Shown here: positions 14,719 through 28,330 of the stretch, piece after piece | Position numbering within the stretch: the stretch's first letter is position 1 | Layout: each line of letters starts with the position of its first letter | Origin: the human T2T-CHM13v2.0 reference genome, Homo sapiens | Length of the DNA stretch: 64,000 nucleotides | Direction: 5' to 3' (one strand) | NCBI RefSeq assembly: GCF_009914755.1 | Contig: NC_060935.1 | Notes under the pieces: generated by a model | Told to the model about the DNA's origin: nothing | Seen by the model: only the letters and a program-made list of their open reading frames with translations | The model's database searches: none | Translations under genes and position numbers: made by a program

Positions 14719-15650
14719 CCTAGCTGCAACTGTCAAGATTGCGATGCTTCCAGGAGTGCAGGACGGTGATACTGGATCTGGATTTATGTTCTGCGTTGTA
14801 CACACAAACCTTTATAAACTAAACTTGTTTTTCTTCCCTGTATGTTACTCTAATCAGTGCTTATGTCAGGAATTGTAAAATATCCTTTAACCTGGGTTTC
14901 CTAGGCTGAAATTGTCCTTATCCATTTGAAGTCCCTTCAGCTCCTGCTCCTGAAGACTCACACAATCTATGAAATGCGTTTTTGGAAGTATGTCTCCCTG
15001 TCTGACTGTGTTATTTGATAAAATTGTTCTCATTGCATTCTCTCTCTCTCTCTCTTTCCCTCTCCCTCCCCTCCTCCATCTACCCTCTTCCTCCTTTCTG
15101 AGGCCAAGGCTCTGAATTCTTTGAGGAGTTAAAACTGCAGGAAATTCCTTTTGGAAGAATAAAATACAGCCATTCTCCTTCCACTTTTCCTTTATTTAAA
15201 GGCAGCCTCCAAGCAGTGCTGCTTGTTCTTCAATGTCTTGCAGAGCTTTTTGTTCATTCCTTAGTAAAACAAGCGTTTTGGTTTTTCGGGTTCACTGTGT
15301 GTGCACCACAGGACTGTTACACAAAGCCATGGGAAACTAGCAGAAGCTCAGGAAGTAAATGTCATTAAGAAACAGATCCTACGTTGTATTTGAATCACCC
15401 TCCTTCCTTTCTGATGGCTAAATCTTTCTTATGAGGTGAAACTTTTCGTACCAGGATCTTTCTTTTGTTTGGATGCGTTATCTCCCAGGAAGCTCCTCAG
15501 ACCCCAGCAAGTAGACTTTGGGTGTCCTGTCCCAGTGGCTGGATAAACAGGCTCGGATATTTCAAATTCTTAGTTAGAATTAAACTGGAACTTGTTTTAT
15601 GTTTACATGAAACTGAATAATTAGTGATAATATTAAAATTAATAATAATT

Positions 15651-15782
15651 GGCCGGGCATGGTGGCTCATGCCTGTAATCCCAGCACTGTGGGAGACGAG
15701 GCGGGTGGATCACCTGAGGTCAGGAGATCAAGACCAGCCTGGCCAACATGGTGAAACTCTGTCTCTACTAAAAATACAAAAT
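15651..15782 (+). mobile_element. Alu left arm only
   Basis: GGCCGGGCATGGTGG...CTACTAAAAATACAAAA, then the similarity ends. Confidence 0.85.
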
Positions 15783-16593
15783 GAATCCATAATAATCATA
15801 ATTCCTGATTTATAAGGATGTTCATAAGTTTTTTTTTTTTTTAAAGGAGGAGAGTTGAACCCCAGTTTGCTTCAGGCCACTACATGGTCTTTCTAAGGTG
15901 AAGACTATGTTCATTTTCTTTATGGATATTATATCTTAATACCATGTCCTTCCACAGTGAATTTCTCCTTTAACTGGGCAGCAGTATGACTCAAGGAGTT
16001 TTTAAAACTGCTGTTCCTAATTCAGTAGGTCTAGGGCAAACTCAGGCATCTTTATTTTTCTAAAGCTTCAAGGGATGTCCATGTGTAGTCAGAATTGCAA
16101 ATCGCCACCATGTGGCCATGTGGTATACTGTCACAGCACACAACCAGTGCTGTGTGGTATCTGATTTGAACTTTGCTATAAACCTATGCAATAAGCAGGT
16201 TTGCCATTACCCTCAACTTACAGATAAAAAGACTAAAACTAAGAGCTTGACCAAATGTACATAGCTAGTCAGTATACAAACTGGGGCTTATACGTGGGTC
16301 ATATGACTCAAAAACTTATGCTCTTTCCATGTTGTTGGAGAGAACAAGATTGATTTTTTAAAAAATAAGGTCTTTCATATGCATTACTTCCTCCTCTTTC
16401 CTGCAGTGGCTACATCGGTCCATATTTTCATCATCCCGTAGGTTACTTTGGCAAGAGCTTTCACCAGAAGCCCCCTCCTGTCTTTATCTCTTCCCTGAAC
16501 ACTACCTTCGGCTTAATCTTTAACCATTAAGTGCAGAGTTCATCAAGTAACTCTTTCGTTTAAAAATGACCAATATTTGTCCTGTTTACCGAC

Positions 16594-16966
16594 TATATTA
16601 GTCCATTCTCATGCTGTTAATAGACATACCTGAGACTGGGTAATTTATGAAGGAAAGAGGTTTAATTGACTCACATTTCAGCGTGGCTGGGGAGGCCTCA
16701 GGAAACTTACAATCATGGTGGAAGGGGAAGCAAACATATCCTTCTTCACACAATGACAGGAGAGAGAAGAATGAGAGCTAAGCAAAGGGGGAAGCCCCTT
16801 ATAAAACCATGAGATCTTGTGAGAACTTACTATCATGAGAATAGCATGGGAGAAACTGCCCCCACGATTCAATTACTTTCCACTGGGTCCCTCCCACAAC
16901 ATGTGGGGACTATGGGAACTACAATTCAAGATGAGATTTGGGTGGGGACACAGCCAAGCCATATCA
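16594..16966 (-). mobile_element. MaLR solo LTR, THE1C/D-like
   Basis: Reverse strand begins TGATATGGCTTGGCTGTGTCCCCACCCAAATCTCATCTTGAATTGTAG. Confidence 0.85.
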
Positions 16967-16971
16967 ACATC

Positions 16972-17411
16972 TGTAGTGGGTTGAATGGTGGCCCCCCAAA
17001 AGACCTGTCCTCATCCTAACCTCTGCACCCTATGAGCATGAACTTATTTGGAAAAAAGTTCTTTGTAGATATAAATAAGTTAAAGATCTTCATATGAGGT
17101 CATCCTGGATTATCTGGGCAGGCCCTAAATCCATTGACAATTGTCCTTATAAGAGACAGAAGACACAGACACCAGAAGAAAAGACCACGTGAAGACAGAG
17201 GCAGAGATGGGAGTTTTACAGCCACAACCCGAGGAACGCCTGGAGCCATCAGAAGTGGAAAGAGGGAAGGGAGCATTCTCCCCTAGAACCTGCAGAGGGA
17301 ACATGGTCCTGCTGACACTTCAATTTCAGACTTCTGAGAGAGTAAGTTTCTGGTGTTGTAAACCATCCAGTGTGTGGTCATTTGTTACAGCAGCCTTAGG
17401 AAACTAATATA
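16972..17411 (+). mobile_element. MaLR solo LTR, MLT1 family
   Basis: TGTAGTGGGTTGAATGGTGGCCCCCC...TTTGTTACAGCAGCCTTAGGAAACTAATATA. Confidence 0.85.
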
Positions 17412-18631
17412 CCAGCTCATCACCTCTTTTTGACTTTCAGGGACCATGACATCTGTGGCTTCCCTGCCAATCCAGCCCTGGTCTTGCATAAATCCTCTGC
17501 CCATCTGGTTGTTCCTTCACTGTCTTCTCCCTGGGACCCTCAGGTCTCTTTGTGTGCCTTCCCTCATGTTCCCTCCTCATCAGAAAGAAGACATGCCCTC
17601 TCAACAGAGTCCCCCTTCAGAAGGGAACTGGCTTTTGAGGTGGAGTGATAGTGGGGGAGGAGATGAGATCTCTAGGGACATGGTGGTGTAGTAGGCAGGG
17701 TGCTCTTTGCCAGTCAGTTCCTTGACATGTTTTCTAATTTTTTTTTACCAGCCTCAACCCTTCCTTTTGTTGCCTGCATTAAAGAGTGTGTCTAAGATCC
17801 ACTGCTTGCACAAGTCTTGCTACATTCTTGGGGGTCATCCATAAAGTATGTTTGACTAGTTCACCTCTTACTCTCCTAGGTCTCATGCATAAGGTATGGT
17901 GAAATCTACCCCATGAAAACATTTTTCTTGAGCACCTACTAAGTGCCAAACACTGCCCCAAAGCTGGGGCTGTAGCAGTGAGATAGATGTGGTGGCTGAC
18001 CTCACAGAGCAGAGTCTTCCTGTTTTGATAAATATTGTGCTTATCTAGTTGGACTTCACTGAGGTCACACAGCTACTAAGTGGATGGCCAGGATTCAAAT
18101 CTACTTCCGTCTGACTGCAAAGTTGCTTTCTACCACATCATGTGTATCAGTTTGGGTCCTGGCAAGAAACAGAGAACATGTTCCAACAGAGTAACTGAGG
18201 GAGAATTTAGTGAAAGATTATTTACAAGGAAGCAGGAAGGGTTAAAGAAAACCCAACAAGGAATGGTGCTGTGTCTCAGTGCTAGCAATAGCGGGGAGCC
18301 ATTTCTACTCCTAAGTCTAAAAGGTTGAGGCAAGGAGGTGGTTACTGGAACCTGGAGAGAGTGCCTGCAGCTGTCAGGGAGGCTATCAGACAGGAGTGAG
18401 GCTCTTGGGTCGAGGAATAGCAATCTCATAGCAGGAATTCAGGGGAATAAAGCCCCTAACCCCATACTCCTCCTCTGCTTCAATTTCCTACTGGTGACTC
18501 TTATCACCAAGGTAGGTGATAGGTCAAGGAGGACAAGGTAGACTGGGTGATGCAGGCCTTAGAGGTCAGCTGTGGAGTCACAGAAAAGGATACAGAGAGT
18601 GGAAAGTGGATCTGGAGGGGCAAATGAAAAA

Positions 18632-18895
18632 TGTGCCTGTAATCCCAGTACTTGGGAGGCTGACACAGATAATCACTCGAGCTCAGGAGTTCAAGACCAG
18701 CCTGGGCAACATGACAAAACCCTGTTTCTGGAGAAAAAAAAAAAAGATGCGTGTCTGTAGTCTCAGCCACATGGGAGGCTGTGGGAGCTTGAACCCGGGA
18801 GGCAGAGGTTGCAATGAGCTGAGATCATGCCACTGCCCTACAGCCTGGGCGACAGAGCAAGATCATATCTCACAAAAGAAAGAAAAAAGAAAAAT
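18632..18895 (+). mobile_element. Alu (old, 5'-clipped)
   Basis: Alu sequence. Confidence 0.85.
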
Positions 18896-21655
18896 GCCCA
18901 ACATACCAGTGTTTCCCAAACTTTACTCCTTCAGATACTATTTTCATGAGTTTACCATATCCTATGTTTACTATACACTCAGCTGTACTTAATATTTTAT
19001 GAAAACGTCCTCTTTTTTTTTAAACTTTGTTAAATGTACTACTAGTAACAGGTACTAATAAATGTATTAATGGTAATTAAGGTAATATTTCACTACCTTG
19101 AATAGAAGAAAACCATAAAAAATAAATCTAATAAAATCAAGTTTGCTAAATTTTAAAACCTAAAATTTAACAATAATTATAGATGATAATGTATCTTATG
19201 ATGTCCTTCACAGGCTGGTCCCTACCTGCCTCTCTAGTCTCCCCTCCCCTGCCCTGCCCCTGCCCCATGCTTCCATCTCTCCATTTCAAGCATATTGGTT
19301 TTTGGCCCTTCAAAACCAGCCATACTTCTACCTACCACAGTGCTTTTACATAGGTTATTCCTTTGGTATATATCAGTAAGAGGACATACCCATGAGTGCT
19401 AGGGAACCTGAAGAATTTAACAAATACAGTGCTATCAGCTAAAAACAAGAAGAATTATGCTTTCCTGAAAACATTCTAGAATTACACAGGTATTACTCAT
19501 GATTTTGTCATTGATCTGGATATCCAGGTTCTTGTCCTGGCACCAAAGTTTAATCCCAAGATCTTAGATGATATATTTAATAAACGTGTGACTCAGTTTC
19601 TCCATCTATAAAAACAATTAGCTATCAAGAACACGATAGATACACTAAATCAACTACCTAAACTGTTGAATGCAATTCATGGTTGTATTTGTTATGTGAG
19701 AGCAGAAAATTACAATACTTTCTTTCAGACACCTACCTTTACCAAATCCAACCTCTTATGTGCCCAACCAGATATCTTAGTCATGCTACAGTTATTTAAA
19801 GCTCTCATTTGTTAAAAAAAAAAAAAAAATTATCTAGCATTCATATTTACAAATAAATGAGATAAATGGGGAACAAGTATAGCCACTTTAGATGCTATTT
19901 AACATCCGTTCTGTTTTCTTTCTATAATAGTGACCTCTACTTTCCTTGGGGACCTTACTTCCTCCCCTACTCCCAGACATGTGGGAAGAGATAGCCCCAC
20001 CCGGCTTCATTCCCAGAGCCACAGTGACAATCATAAGGTTTAATCAGAACTAAGGAGATACAGCTGGGGACTTCTGCTTACAGTTATGCTCTTTCTACTG
20101 GACTTGAATCTAGGGGGATGTACTTGATAGCTTCAATCATCCATTCTCCTCATTTATCTACCTTATTGTATGCCCTGAAGAAAACTGGTCTGCACAATAT
20201 AAGTTCCCTCTAGCTTCTGGTTGAATTTAGACAATGAAGAGTATGAGCAAGAGCACAGCCTTTGGGTCATCTTGCAGGGTCTGAGAGTAAGGCCGACGTG
20301 AAGGGAAATAGAGCCATGGTTGGCAGAGGGACTGGGTCCTGGCCCCATTGGCTGACTGGCTGATTCTGGTCATGCCAAGACTATTATATACACTGATTCT
20401 TTAGTTGCATGAGCCAGGACATTTCCTTTTTTTTTTTCCTCAAAACATTTTGAGTTTGGGGCTTCAAACACCTGAAACAGAGTCTTAATGAAGGTATAAC
20501 TAAAAATATAGCTCTGAAGTGAAGATGCATGGATCCCTGATCCTGAGGACTCTAAATCTGACCTAAATACAGTTCCAGTCTCCCTAAGGCCCCATCCTAC
20601 AGCAGATCCTGTTTTGAGATTTCTCTGAGATTCTGTCTCTCTTATACATGATTTATAGCCTTACAATATTACAATATTCACCATCTTTACTCGCCATGAG
20701 TCAGTTTGTTCCTTGGAGCAAAGCGAATGTAATGAAACAGTTCCCATCTTACAGATAGGGAAATGGAGGCCAAGATATATGAAGAGACGTCATCAAAGGC
20801 AAACCTGAACGTGGCAGGCAGGTCTCTGGCCAAGGATCTTTCCATGCCAGCTCCGTTTCTTTATGTCCCCTTTCCCTCCTTCCCTATGCTTTCCCCTTCC
20901 CCTTTGCCCTGAATTTTTGTGGTCCGGTTGCTCTAGGAGCCTAGGTCTTGTCACATTATCTCAGCACTTGGATGACATGGTTCCAGCTGTCAGAGAAGGA
21001 AAGGCATGGACTTGTTTTTCTCTGAGTTTCCTTCTATTTCTGTATGCTCATTTGGCCTTCAGCATGTGCCACCCTATGAAAGTTTGGGGGATGTTTTATA
21101 ATGTTGCTTAACTTTATTTAGCTTCCCAAGTATTTATGACTTGCCTTCAAGATGAGAGTGAATTTAGCTGGTGTCCCTGATTCACCTTGGAAAAATCTAT
21201 TGTGCCTAGCACAGTATCTGGCTTGCATTAGATAATCAGTAAATATCCATTGACAAGATTGACTAAAAGAATCTTACATTAGGCAAAATGCTGGCTAAGC
21301 TGCTGTAACAAAATTACAGTGGCTCCAACATGACAGAAGTTGATTTTTCTCTCACTCCCCAGAGGTGTGCCGGCAGTCCAGGGTGGGCAGGCGGCTCTGT
21401 TCTATGAAGTCATCCAAGGACTCCTTGCCCTGCTATCCTCTAGAGAGTGTCTTTCTCCTCATGGTCAGAGCTGGTTTACCAGTACATTCACATTCTGGCC
21501 TAAGCAAAGGGGGAAAGGGAAAGTGAAGGGAAAGGGAAAGTGAAAGGAAAGAAGGTAACTTCCTTATAAAGATGTGATTCAAATGTGCACATATTACCTC
21601 TGCTTGCTTCTCATTGGCTAAATCACTGTCACGTGCTCGTGCTAGCTTGCAAGTG

Positions 21656-21994
21656 TGTTGTGGGAAGTCAGGGACCCCAAATGGAGGGACTGCCTGGAGC
21701 TCCGACAGAGGAACATAAATTGTGAAGATTTCATGGACACTTATCGGTTCCCAAATAATACTTTTATAATTTCTTATGCCTGTCTTTACTTTAATCTCTT
21801 AATCCTGTTATCTTCGTAAGCTGAGGATATACGTCACCTCAGGACCACTATGATAACTGTATTAACTGTACAAATTGATTGTAAAACGTGTGTTTGAACA
21901 ATATGAAATCAGTGCACCTTGAAAAAGAACAGAATAACAGCAATTTTTAGGGGACAAGGGAAGACAACCATAAGGTCTGATTGCCTGCAGGGTC
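21656..21994 (+). mobile_element. MER11A-like (HML-8) LTR, 5' part only
   Basis: TGTTGTGGGAAGTCAGGGACCCCAAATGGAGGGAC...GAACATAAATTGTGAAGATTTCATGGAC is the MER11 5' end. Confidence 0.85.
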
Positions 21995-21996
21995 AT

Positions 21997-22061
<65 letters not shown>

Positions 22062-22279
22062 TCTTATATATATATATACACATTTTATATATATATATAC
22101 ACATTTTATATATATATACACACATTATATATACACACACATTATATATATACACATTATATATACACATTATATATACACACATTATATATATACACAT
22201 TTTATATATATATACACATTATATATATATATATATATAAAACATTATATGTGTGTGTGTGTGTGTGTGTATATATATG
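21995..22279. repeat. Compound (TA)n/(CA)n/(TG)n microsatellite
   Basis: About 20 pure TA units, then repeated TATATATACACATT units, then (TG)n. Confidence 0.97.
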
Positions 22280-22484
22280 TCCAAGAGTAATGAAAACATG
22301 TTACTGCAGAAAGACTGGTCCAATAATGTTCATAGGAGCCTTATTCATAATTAGCCAAAAGGTAGAAACAAACCAAATGTCCATCAACAGGAGAATATTT
22401 AAACATGTTGTGGGATATTCATACTGGAATACTGGAAGGCTACTCAGCAATAAAAAGGAATGAATTCCTGATACATGAAACAAC

Positions 22485-22764
22485 CAGGGCTGATTTACTC
22501 ATTTGGCACAGTAGGCACAGTTCTGGGGCCTGTGAAAATAAACTTTTAGGTGGAAGAAAATGTTTTAGGTGAAAGAAATTGTCATATTCATCTTTATAGC
22601 AACATAGTCATAAGACATAATTTTTGATTATATAAATAGTTTGTCATATTCATCTTTATAGCAACATAGTCATAAGACATAATTTTTGATTATATAGTGT
22701 GTGTACATAAAATGAAGGGGCTCATGAAGTGCTTAGGGCCCATAGAAATCATAATGCAGGCCTA
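22485..22764 (-). mobile_element. hAT DNA transposon fossil (MER96B-like) inside an old L1M 3' fragment (~22290-23070)
   Basis: Termini CAGGGC.../...ATAATGCAGGCCTA; imperfect 8-bp TSD GAAACAAC/CAAACAAG. Confidence 0.65.
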
Positions 22765-24016
22765 CAAACAAGAATAAATAGTAAAATATGTGTTAAGCCA
22801 AAAACCTGGGACACAAAAGAGTACATGCTGTACTCTTAAATAGAATTCTACAACAGGCAAAACTAATCTATGTTGATAGTGACCAGAAAGTGATTACCTC
22901 TGGAGTGGGGAGAGATTGCAAGAAGGGAATGAAGGCACTTTCAGGGATGGCAGACATGCTCTATATCTTGTTTTTGGTGGTGGTTATTTAGGTGTATATA
23001 CAATCTCCTAAAATCATGGAACAGAACCTTTAGGTTCTGTACATTTTATTGTATATTAATTATGCCACAATTTTAAACAAAGGGGAAGAATAGACAGGGT
23101 ACAATGAATAATTTCTGTGACAGATTTGATAAATGAATTACTAGGACAGTGTTTGCTGACAAGGTTTAACATTGCATTCTTGTAGAAAACCTTTAGGAAC
23201 TCAAAGGGAAGAGTCCAGGCACTGTGACAGGCCAGTGGGGAATGAACCACACTGCTCTATATTAATCAAGCTTTTTTATTGCAAACAACAGAATATATCT
23301 GGTAAGCTTATACAGCACAGGAATTTATCAGAAGAATAACAGGAAGTACTGTATTCACAACAGTCTCTGAAAACAGGCAGGAATTTAAGACAAGATCAGA
23401 CCATCAGATGGCTGGTGGATCATATGATGCCATAATCCTATACCCTTGCCCCAACCAACCCACATATATCTCAGGCCTTCACTGCATCTTTTCATTACTC
23501 CTCCAAAACTGAAAACCTATGTGTGAGCCTCTGGCTTGCTGAGCCTAGGCAAAGCCTACATATAATAACTCCCATGGAGATGGAAGAGGCAATGTGTTTC
23601 ATTGGCTTCTAGATGGGAGGTGGGGCCCCCAAATGACCAATGTTCCCAACAAAACCTGAACAATCTGAAATTATTCAGATTTCTGCTTGTCATTCTAACC
23701 TCTGTTCAGGACTTCCAAGATCCAGGACAGGCCCAGTGTAGATACCTGTGTCCCAAACCACTGATCTGGGCTAGGAAGACTGAATCACAGGTGTAGAAGG
23801 TCACCCGGGTTCAACCATCTAGGTGATGAATTAGGCCAGGACCTGGGCAGGTAGACCATTTATTCTGGGGAGATATGATGCGAGCTTGAATTACATGGGA
23901 GAAATATTTGTAAGGCAGATGGGATAACAGGACTTGATAAGTCTGTAGTGTGGAAAGGCTAGAAAAGAAAGGAATCAAAGGAATCCTGATTTCTGACTTG
24001 ACAGGGTAGAAGGAGG

Positions 24017-24043
24017 TGTGTGTGTGTGTGCGTGTGTGTGTGT
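24017..24043. repeat. (GT)n microsatellite upstream of the HTATIP2 promoter
   Basis: GTGTGTGTGTGTGTGCGTGTGTGTGTGT. Confidence 0.9.
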
Positions 24044-24259
24044 ATGTTTATGTAGGGACAGTGACACCCAAGAGAGGCTAGGAATAGGTTTGTTTTATTC
24101 CTGTTTGGGGTGGTTGGGTAGGCAGGGTTAAGTTTTTGACTTGGTGAATTTGAGATGATGGCCAATATACAATTGACATTCCAGCTGGGGGGACCATTGA
24201 AGATCAAGTCTGGCAAGTCTACTAGCTGGCGCCTGGGTGAGCTGAGCCCAGCAGGTGAG

Positions 24260-25171
<912 letters not shown>

Positions 25172-25642
25172 TGAACATATTTCATGCCTAAAGGCTGAAT
25201 ACTGCCCTGCCAGTGGTGGGGGTAGTGAGAGGCCATCAAAACTTGGCCAAGATTGGTCTGTGAGAGTCCCTCCCAGAAGTCTGACTCCTGGATTGTAGCC
25301 CAGGTGTGCCTCCCTCCCGCTCATTGTGTGGTCTTGGGCAAAGCCCTTCTCTCCATCTGCAACCCTATAAAGCTGGGTCTGGGTTGTAATGGGGGTGGGG
25401 GCTGGTGAGACAGAAGAGCACTGTTTTCAGGGTCATACAAGCTGTATTCTAGAGGCAGCCCTGGTGACCTTGAGAATTTTCTCAGCCACTTTGCTGATTT
25501 TGTCAACCTGCGCACTTCACACTAATATTGTCAGGGATTCTGAAACTGCTTTGCAGAGTGAGATAGGTCTATGGCAGTGAAAGGTGGGATTATTCACTTA
25601 CAAGAATTTGCCCTGCCTGACTTCCCAGGCTTGTGTCTGTAA

Positions 25643-26041
<399 letters not shown>

Positions 26042-26381
26042 TAAATATCAGAAGCCTGAGTTTCTTGGAGATTCTGTTCTTTATTTAAAGGGAATTATCT
26101 GTGAACTGCAACAAATTAACATAGTGTGATCTCAAGACACCACAGCTACAGAATTTGGCCCCACAGGTTTCATAGAAAGAACATTTCAAATAACAAGCCA
26201 TCTTGCAAATAAATGTTCTTGATTCTCGCAGGTCTGTGTTCAGGTCATGGTGTGAATGCCTTTGGTCCATCAAGTCTTGTTTATTTAAAACAGACATCTT
26301 TCCTCAGGCTGAGGCAGATGTGTTCTCACCGGTTTCATGGGCTGTGTCAGATATTCATGGTAATTAGAAGCTGAAACTGAA

Positions 26382-26690
26382 GGCTGGGCGTGGTGGCTCA
26401 TGCCTGTAATCCCAGCGCTTTGGGAGTCCGAGGCAGGGGATCTCTTGAGGTCAAGAGTTCCAGACCAGCCTGGCCAACATGGTGAAACCCTGTCTCTACT
26501 AAAAATACAGAAATTAGCTGGGCGTGGTGGTGCACGCCTGTAATCTCAGCTACTCAGGAGGCGGAGGTGCGAGAATCACTTGAACCCAGGAGATGGAGGT
26601 TGCAGTGAGCAGAAATTGTGCCACTGCACTCCAGCCTGGGTGACAGAGCGAGACTCTGTCTCAAAAAAAAAAAAAAAAAAGAAAAGAAAC
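26382..26690 (+). mobile_element. Alu
   Basis: Dimeric Alu with poly-A. Confidence 0.95.
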
Positions 26691-26745
26691 AAATTGAAAT
26701 CTGTGTTTTGAGTGTCGAGTTTTGGTGGCACATCTGTTTGACTAG

Positions 26746-27073
<328 letters not shown>

Positions 27074-27864
27074 GTGAAACCCTATTTTTCTTTAGTGTCA
27101 TAGGCAGTGCCAGAAAAATTCTTTTCAGAGTTGACAGTAAGGATGGAAACCAACATTTTATCGGAGTTCTTGGATGATAGGAATTTATCATGCTTTCTTT
27201 TTTAAGTTATACAGCAAACTGATAAGGTTAGATGGAGGTTCATAAACTTCTGTGTGCATGAGAATTAAGGTGGGTGCTTGTTAAAAGTGCAGATTCTGAT
27301 TCAGAACTATTGGTGTGGGATGTAGGAATATGCCTTTTTATTAAGCACTCCCTGACTAATTATAATGCAAATGGTTCATGGATTGGACTGAAGGAAAGAT
27401 TATCACCCCCATTTTACAGCTGAAAAAAAAAAGCTGTAGTGTATGATGAATAATTTGCCCGTAACTACATGCCTAGTGAGTGTAGCAAGCCCAAGATTTG
27501 CAGCTAGGTCTTCTTTAAGATGCCAAACGCCATCTCTTGCCCTCACATCATACCTCAGTGGTCTCCTTCCTGGTTAGCTACACACAGGTCTTTTATTTTT
27601 CCAGAGAGAGATTATAATCGAACCTGACTTCAGAAATCTGGATCACCCCTAGTCCAGTTATATAGACTGTGGACATATGTGTGTGTTGTTGATTTTCAAC
27701 TGAGGTTCATTGCTTTTTGGTTGGAGAAAAGGAATTTGTAAAATTTGATGTTAAGTGGACAGGCCTGTCAGTAATGTTCTGTAACTTAGTCTTTAAATCT
27801 AGAGGGGGTTTTTGGTCTGTTGTTTAAATAACATGAAACTACATACAACTGTGTCCTTGCCTAG

Positions 27865-28071
<207 letters not shown>

Positions 28072-28324
28072 ATGTGAATAAGCCTTTATTGTTTAAGATT
28101 CTATATGCTGCACTAACCTTTGGTATCCTTTTAATAGTACTGATAAGTTCGTCTTTCAAAGTAATCCTTGAGTTCAGGCCCCAGTGCTGGAGACGTCGTA
28201 AATATTTACATGATTTTGCCTATTGTGATTATCGCTATCACTACATCCCCTGACTAAGGGAAACCATGATGTCTGAGTAAAACTAATTGGTTTATGCTGT
28301 TAACAATCAGCTGTTTTTCCCCTT

Positions 28325-28330
28325 AATAAA
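28325..28330 (+). terminator. HTATIP2: Intronic polyadenylation signal (TC3 isoform)
   Basis: AATAAA about 250 nt after the TC3 stop, followed by T/GT-rich sequence. Confidence 0.65.

Noticed and set aside
21862-22463. ORFs rich in YI/HT/CV repeats
   Set aside because: Translations of the TA/CA microsatellite.
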